NCBI GenBank assembly: GCA_020137815.1
Contig: CM035353.1
Location: forward strand, 3,224,001-3,288,000
Origin: Hormiphora californensis
Taxonomy: Eukaryota > Animalia > Ctenophora
Length of the DNA stretch: 64,000 bases
Direction: 5' to 3'
Part shown: positions 28,411-47,489 of the stretch, in pieces
Layout: every line of letters begins with the position of its first letter
How positions within the stretch are numbered: position 1 is the stretch's first letter
Position numbers and translations under genes: made by a program
Notes under the pieces: model-generated
The model's database searches: none
What the model was told of the DNA's origin: nothing
Seen by the model: only the letters and a program-made list of their open reading frames with translations

Positions 28411-29240
28411 TGCAAAACAGATTTTGTATCAGATATCACATTCATAAAAGTTAAAACTAGATGAAACTTACAAAATGATTGGGCGAGACGATTACTGCTG
28501 CAAACTAAGGTATCCAGAAGCATCCGACGTTTTATTTTACGTTGACAATCCACGTGGCTAAAGCTTTTTGCCAAAAGGTGATGTGAATTTTCCGTTAAGT
28601 TTTTTTTACGGCCGCGACCTGAGCCTAATTTTTACTGCGCGGCACAAAATGCAGCGTCGTTTAATATAAAACCGCGCGTCGCAGTAATTGGCTCTTCTCC
28701 CACCCCGTTTGGTTCCGTAAAGTTTTTTATTCGGGAAACGAAAAACGTTTCAGAAAATCCCAAAAATCCCCAAAAAACGCAGACTCGCTTTTTTTTCCCC
28801 TTCTCAACCGCTCTTTGATAATTGATTGTTAAAATAATCATGAAAATCTGCTGGGGCTTGCTGCCCTGTACTGTTCGCAGGGATCTGCCCACTGCCCTTG
28901 CACCACCGCGCCTCTGTGCCCTGCTTGTGGGGCTTAACCTCTGACCGCAGTCGCCGCCCTGGCCCCAGACGCAAAGTTTTTAACTGTTCTCCCTATTTTT
29001 CGTCTCCTGTGATATGTCCGCCGTCCGGTTTTTGATCAAATGAGTGACTTGGTAACAAGTGTTTTGGGGGGGGGGGGTTTAAAAGAAGGGCTTTAAAAGA
29101 AGTGTGACAAATAGCATCTGTTATTCTCCATATATAAATGACTAGCGCACCCATTGGGTGCGCCTCAAGTAAGGGCTTTCTAATAACCCACCCAGCTTCG
29201 CCGGTTGGTTTTTTTCGCCCCTTTCAACGTCAATAACACG

Positions 29241-29254
29241 GTTGCCATGGCAAC
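29241..29254. promoter_or_regulatory. Perfect palindromic X-box (RFX motif) GTTGCCATGGCAAC
   Basis: Exact consensus match in the divergent gap between WDPCP and the KSP-repeat gene. It may belong to a degenerate repeat. Confidence 0.45.
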
Positions 29255-30332
29255 TGAATTGGTAACTATGGGGACTGGCATGTCAAAAGTCATTCAAAAA
29301 TATTAACAAACTTCCACTGGAAGTTCCAAAAGTGTGAATGACAGCTTTACAGCTTTGGTCACATAAAGTATTTTACGAAGGAGCACTGTCGCGTAGATAC
29401 CGCCTAACGAACGGCCATCACTTCGACGTCGTTCATCTCCAAATTATAATAGAGATTATATTACATATCGAGAGGTTTTGCTGGTGAGGTGGGGGGTTTT
29501 GCAGCGGGTGGTTAAAATTGAGTCTGTGTGGATAAAAGAGTTGTATCAGTGTCCAGTGAAAAAAGTAGCCTTTTGTGAATGATTTCTAAGTCACAGCTGC
29601 AGTCACAGGCCACAGCAGCTTGATTTTACACTTGTGCAAAACTTCGAACAACGAAAGTTATAAACTTGAAACTACAGTTGATGACAGTGGTACAGGGTAC
29701 TCCGTCATATTGGCCGCAACGCTTTCGACAACGCTCTATATGTACGTGCGGCCAATATAACGGAGCAACACTTCGGTATATTTTGTCTTTTGGGTTGGAA
29801 ACATGTATGTTTATTGTAGTTGTTCAATAACATTAAATAACAATTTTAGAAGGTTTGTAAATACTATGAGCTCTACTCCTGTGGAAGCAAGTCCCAATTA
29901 TGAAACTGAGGCAAGGTCAGTACTATTCATTGATTGAAAAACGAGTTATTCATACTTCACAGCCACTACAGTTGCTTATCGCTTGTTGTTTAAATAAATC
30001 TGTCCAGTATCTTTTTATCATGCATAAATTTTCCGACATTAGAAATACTATCTCGCCGGAGAATGAGCTGAAAACACCAGCTGTGAGTATAAAACAAGCA
30101 TGCAAATGTATGAGCATGATAATTCTCTAACCACCATTGAGAGAGATTTCATGTGAATAGCATTAGAGAGTGAAACTGGCGCAATTCCTACTTGACAACC
30201 TACAAAGTGCTTGTCAGCTGACCAAAACACGCACATATATAATAATATTTAACTAGCATGAGCAAGGAGTAAAGGAGCACATTTTATTATATATTAGTGT
30301 TCTATAATATTGTTATGTCCGATCAGGAAGTC

Positions 30333-36709
<6,377 letters not shown>

Positions 36710-36987
36710 TCCAACGACAACCTATGAAGTGATTGAATCACAGCATAGGTTGGCTAGTGAGCTAGATCTAGTTTGTTTGTGTGAGTGAATGTTTGTTGTA
36801 TGGGTATGAATTATGATTATTGATTAATAATACTTGATACTGCCACTGCACTGGGATTTTTACCCTGAATGTTGAGACTCGGGGAAAATAGAAAAAGAAA
36901 AGATACATGCGTCTTTTCGACCCCATTATGTATTTTTAATGTGAATAAATATTTAACGTTCGTCGAGGCTATTTAATCATCATTATA

Positions 36988-37608
36988 TCATACTATTATT
37001 AAAGCAAATAGGGAAATGATGGGTGATGGTTTTTTTACCAAATATGGCACAAAATTCCTGGAAATGGCCTTTTGCACGTGTTGTCCCTAGAGGGACCCTG
37101 GCAACCTGCCAGCTTGAGCCTTAAACTGCACGTGCATCCTTGATTCATCTCTCTGCCGGTTGTGTGATTGATCGTTTGCTCGATTTGATCTGTTCACCAC
37201 GTTTCGTGAACATGACTACTCAACTTCAACACAATCGCCAGCGAGTTTGGAGGAGCCATATGTCCCAAACTGGCGCTGACGCCTATAGACTACGTGATAG
37301 AATCCTACAAAAGAGGTGATTATTATTCAAAAAATGTTGTCAACACACGTAATAACAAAGTATCAATGGCACTAATAAGAAATGGCAGTAATACGTGAAA
37401 GTACTTTGCAAATGTGCTCCTTCATAAAATACTTCAGGACCTGGCAAAAGAGGACCCGTGGTTTTTCTGTCGAAAGAATCGCTGTGGTTAATTTGCCTGA
37501 TAAATTTACTGATTTAAAAAATTTCAAATGATACTACACTATTTGCTTAGTTTACTGTATGACCATTGGACCATCCCGAATTCGCCCAAGGGGAGGCGGG
37601 CTTACTAG
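36988..37608 (+). mobile_element. Non-autonomous Helitron, copy 1
   Basis: A|TCATACTATTATTAAAG ... degenerate GC hairpin ... CTAG|T; near-identical to 39342-39977. Confidence 0.85.
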
Positions 37609-37673
37609 TATTTATAATGACATCATCAACCCACCATTAAATGAGACTAATACGTTTCACGATATAATTCTCG

Positions 37674-37710
<37 letters not shown>

Positions 37711-37904
37711 ATTCTCTCCTATCCTTTTTTCCCCCAATCTCTCCCTTCGTATCTCTTGTCTCTCCTCTTTGTCCTCTCCTCCTCTCCCACTTCTTCTTTC
37801 TGGGAGCGGCATATTATGCGAATACTGATACCTCCGTATTGGATGCTGAAGTTTGTCTTCAAATTCTCTTTGGTAACATTTATCCAATCTCTTCCTCGTC
37901 TCTC

Positions 37905-37951
<47 letters not shown>

Positions 37952-38037
37952 TTTCTGTCTTACGTCATGATTTTTGTGTTAAATTACACACACACACAAA
38001 TATCTTAGCTCATTTCTCCTTCCTTTACATCTTACAG

Positions 38038-38392
38038 TTGTGCAGAGAAATTATAGTCACAATCCCTTCTCAAACTATGTGTTCTACTGTAGCTGTTGTG
38101 CTGAGAAATTATAGTCACAATCCCTTCTCAAACTATATTTTCTACTGTAGCTGTTGTGCAGAGAAATTATAGTCACAATCCCTTCTCAAACTATGTTTTC
38201 CTACTGTCATAGCTGTTGTGCAGAGAAATTATAGTCACAATCCCTTCTCAAACTATGTTTTCCTACTGTCATAGCTGTTGTGCAGAGAAATTATAGTCAC
38301 AATCCCTTCTCAAACTATGTTTTCCTACTGTCATAGCTGTTGTGCAGAGAAATTATAGTCACAATCCCTTCTCAAACTATTTTTTCTACTGT
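38038..38392. repeat. ~58-62-bp minisatellite, about six units
   Basis: GTGCAGAGAAATTATAGTCACAATCCCTTCTCAAACTATG... repeated head-to-tail. Confidence 0.9.
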
Positions 38393-38427
38393 AACGACGG
38401 ACCTCCTAACATCTGTAAATCCCTGTT

Positions 38428-40387
38428 TAGTCCTAGGCATTTGGGTCAAATGCAGGAATTTTTAGGTAACCATGCGAGACCTTCACTAAAAGTAGGCTAT
38501 AGGTCCCTAGAATCACCAAAAAAAAGTTTACCACTTAAACTTCCCGAGAACATCTCTTAATTTGGCGTTAATTGGGTCTAATTGGCTAATAATGAATTCA
38601 AAATTCAAAATCGTCGTAGAAGGTCGTAATTGGTCGCAATCGTTCAGAAATATTATTCTAATTATTTTTAAATCATGATAGTGACCCAATTATGTAAAAT
38701 TGGTGCCTAATTTGGCGTTAATTGGGTCAAATTGGGTCTAAATTGGGCAAAAATTCAAAATCATTGTAGACGGTCGTGGTTGGTCGCAATCGTTCAGAAA
38801 TATTATTCTTATCACCTTTAAAACATATTAGTGACTTAGCTCTGCCAAATTGGTGTGTAATTGGTCCTAAGCCACATAACATGGTCGGTCATAGTATGAA
38901 CTGTTTAAGCCATATAATAGCTGAAACACGGATCTATGCATACATCTAATTATCCAATTATCTAATTAACCAAATGAGATAGGAACTTTTCATGGGTGTC
39001 TACCCCCACTAATGCGAGGACGCTACACATTTTGATATCCTGATTTTTATCTCTACTCCAATTCTAAAATTGTTTACAATATTGGGCTCTGCATGAAGTT
39101 ACAGGTGGCACACACTCCCGGAAATGACCATGTTGCCCCTCAACCCGCAAGTAACAAAGCTCAGAGGTGTTCCAGAAGACCCTTAGGGACACGTTGGTGA
39201 AGGAATTTCGGTGTTTCAAATTGTTTCCCCAGTCAGGGCGAAAATTGACGTTCTTGCTCTAACATATAATAGCTTAACTTTTAGCCAATTAGGCCCAATT
39301 AGGACCAATTACACACCAATTTGGCAGAGCTGAGTCACTTATCATACTATTATTAAAGCAAATAGGGAAATGATGGGTGATGGTTTTTTTACCAAATATG
39401 GCACAAAATTCCTGGAAATGGCCTTTTGCACGTGTTGTCCCTAGAGGGACCCTGGCAACCTGCCAGCTTGAGCCTTAAACTGCACGTGCATCCTTGATTC
39501 ATCTCTCTGCCGGTTGTGTGATTGATCGTTTGCTCGATTTGATCTGTTCACCCCCTGTTCACCACGTTTCGTGAACATGACTACTCAACTTCAACACAAT
39601 CGCCAGCGAGTTTGGAGGAGCCATATGTCCCAAACTGGCGCTGACGCCTATATAGACTACGTGATAGAATCCTACAAAAGAGGTGATTATTATTCAAAAA
39701 ATGTTGTCAACACACGTAATAACAAAGTATCAATGGCACTAATAAGAAATGACAGTAATAAGTGAAAGTAATTTGCAAATGTGCTCCTTCATAAAATACT
39801 TCAGGACCTGGCAAAAGAGGACCCGTGGTTTTTCTGTCGAAAGAATCGCTGTGGTTAATTTACCTGATAAATTTACTGATTTTGAAAATTTCAAATGATA
39901 CTACACTATTTGCTTAGTTTACTGTATCACCATTGACCATCCCCGACATTCGCCCGTAGGGCGAGCGGGCTTACTAGTATGTTTTAAAGGTGATAAGAAT
40001 AATATTTCTGAACGATTGCGACCAACCACGACCGTCTACAACGATTTTGAATTTTTGCCCAATTTAGACCCAATTTGACCCAATTAACGCCAAATTAGGC
40101 ACCAATTTTACATAATTGGGTCACTATCATGATTTAAAAATAATTAGAATAATATTTCTGAACGATTGCGACCAATTACGACCTTCTACGACGATTTTGA
40201 ATTTTGAATTCATTATTAGCCAATTAGACCCAATTAACGCCAAATTAAGAGATGTTCTCGGGAAGTTTAAGTGGTAAACTTTTTTTTGGTGATTCTAGGG
40301 ACCTATAGCCTACTTTTAGTGAAGGTCTCGCATGGTTACCTAAAAATTCCTGAAACGGGCACTTTCTTACGCAAATGCCTAGGACTA
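38428..40387. mobile_element. Long-TIR non-autonomous DNA transposon (possibly Academ-like) containing a Helitron
   Basis: Termini TAGTCCTAGGCATTTG / CAAATGCCTAGGACTA; ~440-bp inverted arms; GTT on both flanks. The superfamily call is an inference. Confidence 0.75.
39342..39977 (+). mobile_element. Non-autonomous Helitron, copy 2 (nested)
   Basis: A|TC start, hairpin TCGCCC-GTA-GGGCGA at ~39950-39964, CTAG|T end. The other host arm shows the empty site with no TSD. Confidence 0.9.
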
Positions 40388-41161
40388 GTTATTATAAACC
40401 ATGTTTCAGTGCCAGAATTTGAAAGACTTTAAACTTTACAGTTATCTGGTGTGAGGTTGTAAAGAATTTGCATTGTAGAATAAGAGTCCATAACTACATT
40501 GAACGGCCGGGTTTTGTTACATAGTGTAAACATTCAACGAATTTTGATGTATACCAATGGTATTACCATACAATTGTGGTCTCCTGCATTTGACGAGAGA
40601 TACTGTATGAGAGAAATAAGATTCAAGATTGGGTGATAGAGAGAGAGAGAGAAAGAGATAGGATTCCTTACAACATCAAGTTATCAATCATAGCAGCTAG
40701 TATAGTACACATAGTCCAGTTCATATTGGTTTTGTTAACTTGATGGTAACAATTACTTTTATTCTCTCTTTCTTCAATAACTCTCTGATTTAAGTTAATC
40801 TCCAAATTTAAAAAAAAGATGATATTATATATGTGCTAGTACAGCTGCCTAATTATCTGAGCTGTTCGCAGCTCTGTGTATTTCTACACCTGCTTCATTT
40901 CTACCTTGTATACACAGCCAGCTGAAGTTAAGATAGAGAGTGGAGAGAGAATGAAAAGAGAGTGAAGAAAGAATGGAAAGAGAGTGGAGAGAGAATCGAA
41001 TGGAAAGAGGATGAAAAGAAAGTGGAGAGAGAGTGGAGAGAGAATGGAAAGAGTGGCTGGCACATTGATATGTGACACTTAAATCTAGCAAGTTGGCGTG
41101 ATCGAATCTAGTAGATTCGCTGCCATGTGACTATATTTTTCACTTTTTAATGGTTTTGTTG

Positions 41162-41270
41162 CAGGAACCGACCGAATCAGGAAATACTGGTCCCTGATTG
41201 GCTGATAATCAGTCACGTGACCTAAATAACGAGCTCTGATTGGTTGTTCACTTGTTTCGGTCGGTTCCTG
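41162..41270 (-). mobile_element. 109-bp hAT-type MITE, reverse orientation
   Basis: Perfect 8-bp TSD TTTTGTTG. Confidence 0.9.
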
Positions 41271-42331
41271 TTTTGTTGTCTTTGACTATCCAATGCAGCA
41301 GATTATACGAGGTCCAATGTTGCAAATGGCCTTTGCAAACCAAAATTTAAGGGAGATCAGTTACCAATTGCAAATTCAAATACTATGGTATAGTTGCTTG
41401 GTTTCGTTATCTATGTAGATATTGACATTCTTGCCACTGTGCATTTTAGTATTTTATCTTGCTGTTCTTCTCTCGGCGGTCCCACCTTATATTACATATC
41501 ATGTGTATATAGGTTTTATTAATCCACATGCATCAGTTTAGATATAAAGAAGGAAGTGTTTTCTTCTACAAGGTATTTTCGTATTTCGTACCTAACCCTT
41601 TAGATCCCAGTAGTGAACATATTATACATGTATATGTTCTGCATGTACAGACTTAATTTCTTGGTTGAGAAACAACTACAACCCTTGATTTTTCTCAAGA
41701 GACGTGTCTGGAGCCCCATTATCGTAAATTAGTCTAGTTATCGTTAGTTAGTCTAATTATACTTTATTTAGAACATGCCTATCCGCCAACTGAGTTTATC
41801 GGCGGCTGGCCCTGGCACTCTGTACAATGCAACCATTGAGAACCTCAACACAGGTATAACAAGCCCCGCCCCAATGTTAGCGTGGGGAGGACTAAAAAAG
41901 TCTCGCCCCAGGCTATTACCATATTCCCTGCCTCCCCTATAACCTCATTCAGCTCTTATATAGTGTATCCCACATACCTTTCTACATTTGTATAATTCTA
42001 CCACGCTAACTGCATTTTATTTCCCACCATATTTCACGCCAAGTCATATATTAGTCACTACATTTATAGTTCACGCCAAGTGAAATTCACTGCATTTATA
42101 GTTCACTCTGGCATAGCTTCCACTTCTTGTCAGAGGGCCTCTAGTTAGTTACAATTACAGGCCTTACATGCATCACGTGATACAGTCACGTGGCCAACTT
42201 TGAATGGGAGAGGAGGAGAGAGAGAGTGCGTTACTCTCTGTACATGTGCTTGCAAGGCTTGAACTGATCCCATTTGAATTCTCTCACTCTGTACAGTTTT
42301 TGTGTGGGAAATAATACATTGCACTATATTC

Positions 42332-42420
42332 ATGATGTCGGCTGAGAGCGGGGCAACATCATCTGCCATTCCAGCTGAAATTACCTCAACGTCAGTCGGT
42401 AAACAGAAAGAGAGGGAGAG

Positions 42421-42488
<68 letters not shown>

Positions 42489-42523
42489 AGAGAGAGAGAG
42501 AAGAGAGCAGATAGGAGAGAGAA

Positions 42524-42572
<49 letters not shown>

Positions 42573-42575
42573 GAA

Positions 42576-42662
<87 letters not shown>

Positions 42663-43246
42663 GAGACAGAGAGAGAGAGAAAGAGATGTGCGGTAATTAC
42701 TAGCGAGTATATTGAACTTGTCATATGCATATATTTTTCGCAACACATATAACATGACTGTAGTAATTGTTCGGCAGCCATGTGGAAATTGTGACATGTA
42801 CACACACATATATAACACACACACACATTCCCCACCCTACTCCCCACTCAACTCACCACCCACCACCCTACTACCCACTCAACTCCCCCACCCTACTACC
42901 CACCCAACTCCCCACCCACCACCCAACTCCCCACTGCACCACCCTACTACCCACCCAACTCCCCACTGCACCACCCTACTACCCACCCAACTCCCCACCC
43001 ACCACCTAACTCCCCACCCACCACCCTATTCCCTACTCCCAACTCCCCACCCAACTCCCCACCCACCACCCTACTCCCCACCCACCACTCAACTCCCCAC
43101 CCACCACCCTATTCCCTACTCCCTACTTTGTACAGCGGTGGAGGAGTGTGCCCAGCAGGGTGGGGGTGCATCTGAGGATGATATCGACCAGTTGACCGCC
43201 ATGATGATGGCATGTCTCGAGAATGCCCAGGATGAAAACTTTTTGG
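42332..43246 (+). CDS. First two coding exons of an unidentified acidic protein (putative host of the GPCR)
   Basis: Exons 42332-42398 and 43136-43246 splice in phase 1 (MMSAESGATSSAIPAEITSTSV-AVEECAQQGGGASEDDIDQLTAMMMACLENAQDENFL) and end at a GTACGT donor. Possible later exons at ~50996 and 55031-55101. Confidence 0.45.
42830..43130 (+). repeat. C-rich minisatellite (CCCACCCAACTCCCCACCCACCACCCTACT-like)
   Basis: Abuts the acceptor at 43134-43135. Confidence 0.85.
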
Positions 43247-43365
43247 GTACGTACACAGTCCGAGTACATTGACCTGCCCCTATTTTCACGATATTATATC
43301 CGCGATCGGAGCATTGGCCTGACAGAGTAATTAAGTGACTTGTTCTCAGGCTGGCTCGTAAGTAA

Positions 43366-43522
43366 GGCCGCGCACAGACTGATCAAACTTGATCCTGACC
43401 ATTATATGTGGTCACGATTTTGATCAAGTCGCACAGACTGATCAAACTTGATCATTTGATCAAGCTTATGGAGTAAAAACTGAAACTAATTTATATCAAA
43501 GCGAAAACCACTGTACCCGACT
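43366..43522 (+). mobile_element. Truncated Harbinger-type MITE (relative of 7309-7629)
   Basis: TAA|GGCCGCGCACAGACTG start; similarity to the family stops abruptly after CTGTACCCGACT. Confidence 0.7.
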
Positions 43523-43720
43523 TTATGATCCCATTGCGATACTTCACGGGGTGCAGTAAAGTAAGGTCGACTGTCGAGCAAGTCAAACTTAAAGTTGTCG
43601 CCTTCTCTTTTCTTTTGCAATTTCTCCTTTGTTCCATGGGTGTGCGAAATTGTACGTCAATGCAAAGAAGAGCCGGCTTTAAAAGTAATTTTTCTGCGAA
43701 GTCTTAGATCAATTCAAATC

Positions 43721-46700
43721 ATGATTTTGCTGTTACTTTGTCTTGTCACCCTGGTGGACTGTGGAACAACGGTTGTTTCACAGTCCACAACACCAACAGC
43801 AGTACCGTCCAACAGTGAAGCAGGGGGTGTGCAGCATACACCCATCACCGCTGGGACAGGTCGTGAATGCCACATATCCACTTCCAGTATCAACGAGGAT
43901 TTCCTGGTTTGGAAATGTGCTAATATTATACGCAAATTGAAAGGGATCATAAACGACTCGATAAGAATGTCTTGCATTGGCTCTACCACAGTGACATATG
44001 ACATAACGCAGACATTTGACCTGTATGCACGCACTCTGAAGACGTTTGTGAACAGGTTGTGTCCTGATGACCCTGCCCAGTACCAGGCTTGCGGGGCATC
44101 TGGTTACAAGCCGACCGGTAAAAGAGAGTTGTTCCGCACACCACCTGCTTGTGGGGTTTTGTGTTTCGACCCTGAGGTTCATCTATATCGGCTTCACGAG
44201 TCACTTCAAGATTGCCCAAGTGCACGGGTACAAGTTCGGTATACAATTAGTACTGTTGGTGGGGGCGAGGTGGATGTTTGGATGAAGGACGGAGCATTGT
44301 GTGACGGAGTATGTGATGATATTGAAATACATCGGCCTGGTCAAGAGGGAAGATCAAAAGCGGACTTTTTGTTGTGTGCGGACGAACGAGACTGCAACGG
44401 ATATAGTTACGGTGGTGTCGTTCAAACCAAAGGGGAATACTTCTTTGAGCCATTCAATAGGGTTACTCCAACTAGAGCACCCCTAACTGCAGCTAACGCC
44501 ACATGTATCTACATTGGCAATAATGGCATCATCATGTTTCCCTTGAACAACGGGTCTCGCTGTTTTATCCCCCTACCCTCCATGGATCACATAACAGGTT
44601 ACCTTCTGATCATATGGCCCAGTTACTGCAGTTTCAGTTTAGACCAAACGAACTGCACTGATCCCGCCAAAGTGGCAGGGTCATGTTTGGTGAACGGTTA
44701 TCCCACAACAGTATCAATATACGTGCTATGCCCAAGACACGGGTCTGCTTTCGTATGTGATGATCGAATAGAGACAAAATGCACAATGATCAATCGGCAA
44801 TGCACGATCCAGAAACACCTGCTGTGCAACAGTCGAGCGGACTGTGCTGAGGGAGCGGACGAGAAAATGGAGCTGTGTTCCAAACTGACCAAACAAACGT
44901 GTGTTCGTAGTTTTAGTCAGAACGAAGGGCTCCTCCGAATACCCGTAGAATGGATACAAGATGGGATAGTGGATTGTTTGGATCGCCAAGATGAACGGAA
45001 AGAGTGGGAAACATGTGGTGAAGGTCCAAGAAAAAGGATTAAATACCTACCTCATGAATGCTCCGATGTGTTTCTTTGCAAAGATGATAGGGCAATATTT
45101 TTGGAGTTAGGTTTTCTTTGCTCTTTTCCCAGCAAATGTGATGAAGGTGTATGTAATGCCCGAAAAGATGGAGCAGTGGTCTCTCGAAAATTGATTCGTT
45201 GGCCAACACTTAATGGACAGACTTTGAAAAGCGGCATTTGCACCAAGGGACTAGAGTTTCTCCTTCGTCTTAGAGGACAAACATGTCGCTCTACAATATT
45301 CAGCCACCCATTCCATACTTTCTTTGGGATGAACTTTACAACTGAATTGGTGCTTCTTAGCGAGAAACAAGATTGCAGGTATCTATACGGAGAAGAATTT
45401 GTCTACCACAGTTGTTCAGGGTTATGTTTTAACGCTGAGTGTCCACTGGAGCGACCCGTTCACCAAAATGCGTGTCCTAACTTGCGGCACACAATATTTT
45501 CTCTTAACCTTGAGTTGAATTCCCTTACAGTGGCAAAAAAGTCTCAGGATAAATACCACAACAGCTTTTTCGTATGCAAAAACACTAATTGCATCCTGTT
45601 TGAGAAAGTGTGTGACCTTGTTGATGACTGTGGGGACAGGTCCGATGAGGAGGAATGTAGTAACAACTTCCAATGTTCAGACAGTTCTGGCATCCTGACC
45701 CTGGATCAGCAATGCGATGGTAAGATTGACTGTGCCGACTTATCGGACGAATGCAACGACGAATGCAGGAGGAAAGTCGTCATGAACGATGGTGTATTGG
45801 TCATATCGACCATCATGGGGGTAGTAGGTGGATTACTCAGTTTAGCCAGTGCATACAGGGCTTTCTGGGAAATACGTGAGTCAAAAAAGAGTGGCAAATA
45901 CGTGAATAATGTCATGGTTCTCGCCATATCTTGCGGAGATTTTCTTACATCAGTCTACATCATGACTCTTAGTTCCGTACACTGGTTTAGAGGCTCCGGG
46001 TTTTGTGAAAGGCAAATTGAGTGGATGGGAGGACGAACATGCGAGATGATGGGTGTTCTCAATACCAATGGAGCGACTATTTCCTCCCTTGTAATGGCTT
46101 TAGTCAGCTGTTTTAGACTCCAGGGTACCTTGAAAGCCCTGCGATACCGGCGGTCTGAGGAAGTTACTAGGAATCTTAAAATAAAGATAGTGTTGATACT
46201 TGGAGGTGTTCTAGTTTTTGCCATTGGTGTGGCTGTCCTACCTCTGCTCGATGGTTTGGATGACTGGTTTGTCAATGGGTTGATATATCAGGATATTCCA
46301 TTGTTCCTCGGAGCGATGGGCAAAAAGCGACTTTTGGATATTGTCAGTGTCTATCACGGGAATCATAAGGCTAGCGAGTCAGCCGGTACTTCCGTCTCTT
46401 GGAATGTCCTTAAAAATATGGTTTCTGAGATGTTTTCTCACGATTACAACGGATCAAGCAGTGGCACAAAACTCTCTTTCTATGGCAATGACCCAGTATG
46501 CATGTTCAAGGCGTTTGTCCTCCCTGATGACCCACAGGCAGGCTACGTGTGGCTTTACCTTAGCTTCCATTTACTCTGTTTTGTAGCTGTAGCCATATGC
46601 CATATGCTGATAGCGATCCTTTCAAATAAAAATCGGGTCCAGAACTCAACATCAACACTTAGTCGTAAAGTGACTTTGATCTGTATCACCGATTTCTGCT

Positions 46701-47191
46701 GCTGGATGCCCTTCCTGATTTGTTGCGTCCTCCACACGGCCGAGGTGGTGGATATGTCATCTTGGTACCAGATCTTCTCACTCAATATCCTCCCCCTCAA
46801 CTCGGTGCTGAATCCTTTGTTATACAGCAACATAATCGCGGAAACGACAGGAAAATTGCTGAAAATGCCCAAATTGAGGGCACCTTCCAACACAAAACAA
46901 GTACAACAAGATCTTGTTGTAGAAGGACCTGCGACCTCCAACACAGAACAGGTACAACAGGAAGGACCTGCGACCTCCAACACAGAACAGGTACAACAGG
47001 AAGGACCTGCGACCTCCAACACAGAACAGGTACAACAGGAAGGACCTGCGACCTCCAACACAGAACAGGTACAACAGGAAGGACCTGCGACCTCCAACAC
47101 AGAACAGGTACAACAGGAAGAACCTGCGACCTCCAACACAGAACAGGTACAACAGGAAGGACCTGCAGAAATTGCAGAAACTTCAAACTAG
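43721..47191 (+). CDS. Intronless LDLa-repeat rhodopsin-class GPCR (LGR/RXFP/GRL101-like 7TM, no evident LRRs), 1156 aa
   Basis: Signal peptide MILLLLCLVTLVDC; LDLa motifs (CDLVDDCGDRSDEEEC, CDGKIDCADLSDEC, CNSRADCAEGADE); 7TM motifs LAISCGDFL, TDFCCWMPF, LPLNSVLNPLLYS; C-terminal (EGPATSNTEQVQQ)x6. Confidence 0.92.
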   Translation: MILLLLCLVTLVDCGTTVVSQSTTPTAVPSNSEAGGVQHTPITAGTGRECHISTSSINEDFLVWKCANIIRKLKGIINDSIRMSCIGSTTVTYDITQTFDLYARTLKTFVNRLCPDDPAQYQACGASGYKPTGKRELFRTPPACGVLCFDPEVHLYRLHESLQDCPSARVQVRYTISTVGGGEVDVWMKDGALCDGVCDDIEIHRPGQEGRSKADFLLCADERDCNGYSYGGVVQTKGEYFFEPFNRVTPTRAPLTAANATCIYIGNNGIIMFPLNNGSRCFIPLPSMDHITGYLLIIWPSYCSFSLDQTNCTDPAKVAGSCLVNGYPTTVSIYVLCPRHGSAFVCDDRIETKCTMINRQCTIQKHLLCNSRADCAEGADEKMELCSKLTKQTCVRSFSQNEGLLRIPVEWIQDGIVDCLDRQDERKEWETCGEGPRKRIKYLPHECSDVFLCKDDRAIFLELGFLCSFPSKCDEGVCNARKDGAVVSRKLIRWPTLNGQTLKSGICTKGLEFLLRLRGQTCRSTIFSHPFHTFFGMNFTTELVLLSEKQDCRYLYGEEFVYHSCSGLCFNAECPLERPVHQNACPNLRHTIFSLNLELNSLTVAKKSQDKYHNSFFVCKNTNCILFEKVCDLVDDCGDRSDEEECSNNFQCSDSSGILTLDQQCDGKIDCADLSDECNDECRRKVVMNDGVLVISTIMGVVGGLLSLASAYRAFWEIRESKKSGKYVNNVMVLAISCGDFLTSVYIMTLSSVHWFRGSGFCERQIEWMGGRTCEMMGVLNTNGATISSLVMALVSCFRLQGTLKALRYRRSEEVTRNLKIKIVLILGGVLVFAIGVAVLPLLDGLDDWFVNGLIYQDIPLFLGAMGKKRLLDIVSVYHGNHKASESAGTSVSWNVLKNMVSEMFSHDYNGSSSGTKLSFYGNDPVCMFKAFVLPDDPQAGYVWLYLSFHLLCFVAVAICHMLIAILSNKNRVQNSTSTLSRKVTLICITDFCCWMPFLICCVLHTAEVVDMSSWYQIFSLNILPLNSVLNPLLYSNIIAETTGKLLKMPKLRAPSNTKQVQQDLVVEGPATSNTEQVQQEGPATSNTEQVQQEGPATSNTEQVQQEGPATSNTEQVQQEGPATSNTEQVQQEEPATSNTEQVQQEGPAEIAETSN

Positions 47192-47489
47192 ACAATCAAA
47201 ATTGGAAGACCCGTGGAATGAAATATAAAATCCATGGAGTTTGTTACTCTAATTTTGATTTAAAAGTACTAGGGGAAATTCCTGCCCTACGGACGGGATT
47301 GGATACGTTCAGGATGTGATGTATAGGTTTCGATCCGCTTCTCCATCTGACAGTACCCGTTATGGTGGGTGATTGAAAGTATATTGGGGTCCTGTTAGAA
47401 GTTCTTTACGGCCTTGTAATTGACGGGTATTATGCGCAGTAGGCCGTAGGGGCTTGCTTCTTGGATATTGTTGGGTTATGGTATATATA

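Noticed and set aside
38038-38392. Regular ~60-bp repeats that look superficially like a CRISPR array (also 14748-14895 and 19466-20230)
   Set aside because: No unique spacers, no cas genes, eukaryotic context; these are ordinary minisatellites.
43714-47319. Many short overlapping or antisense ORFs within the GPCR (and within the LINE)
   Set aside because: Expected shadow ORFs of long coding sequence; no independent signals.
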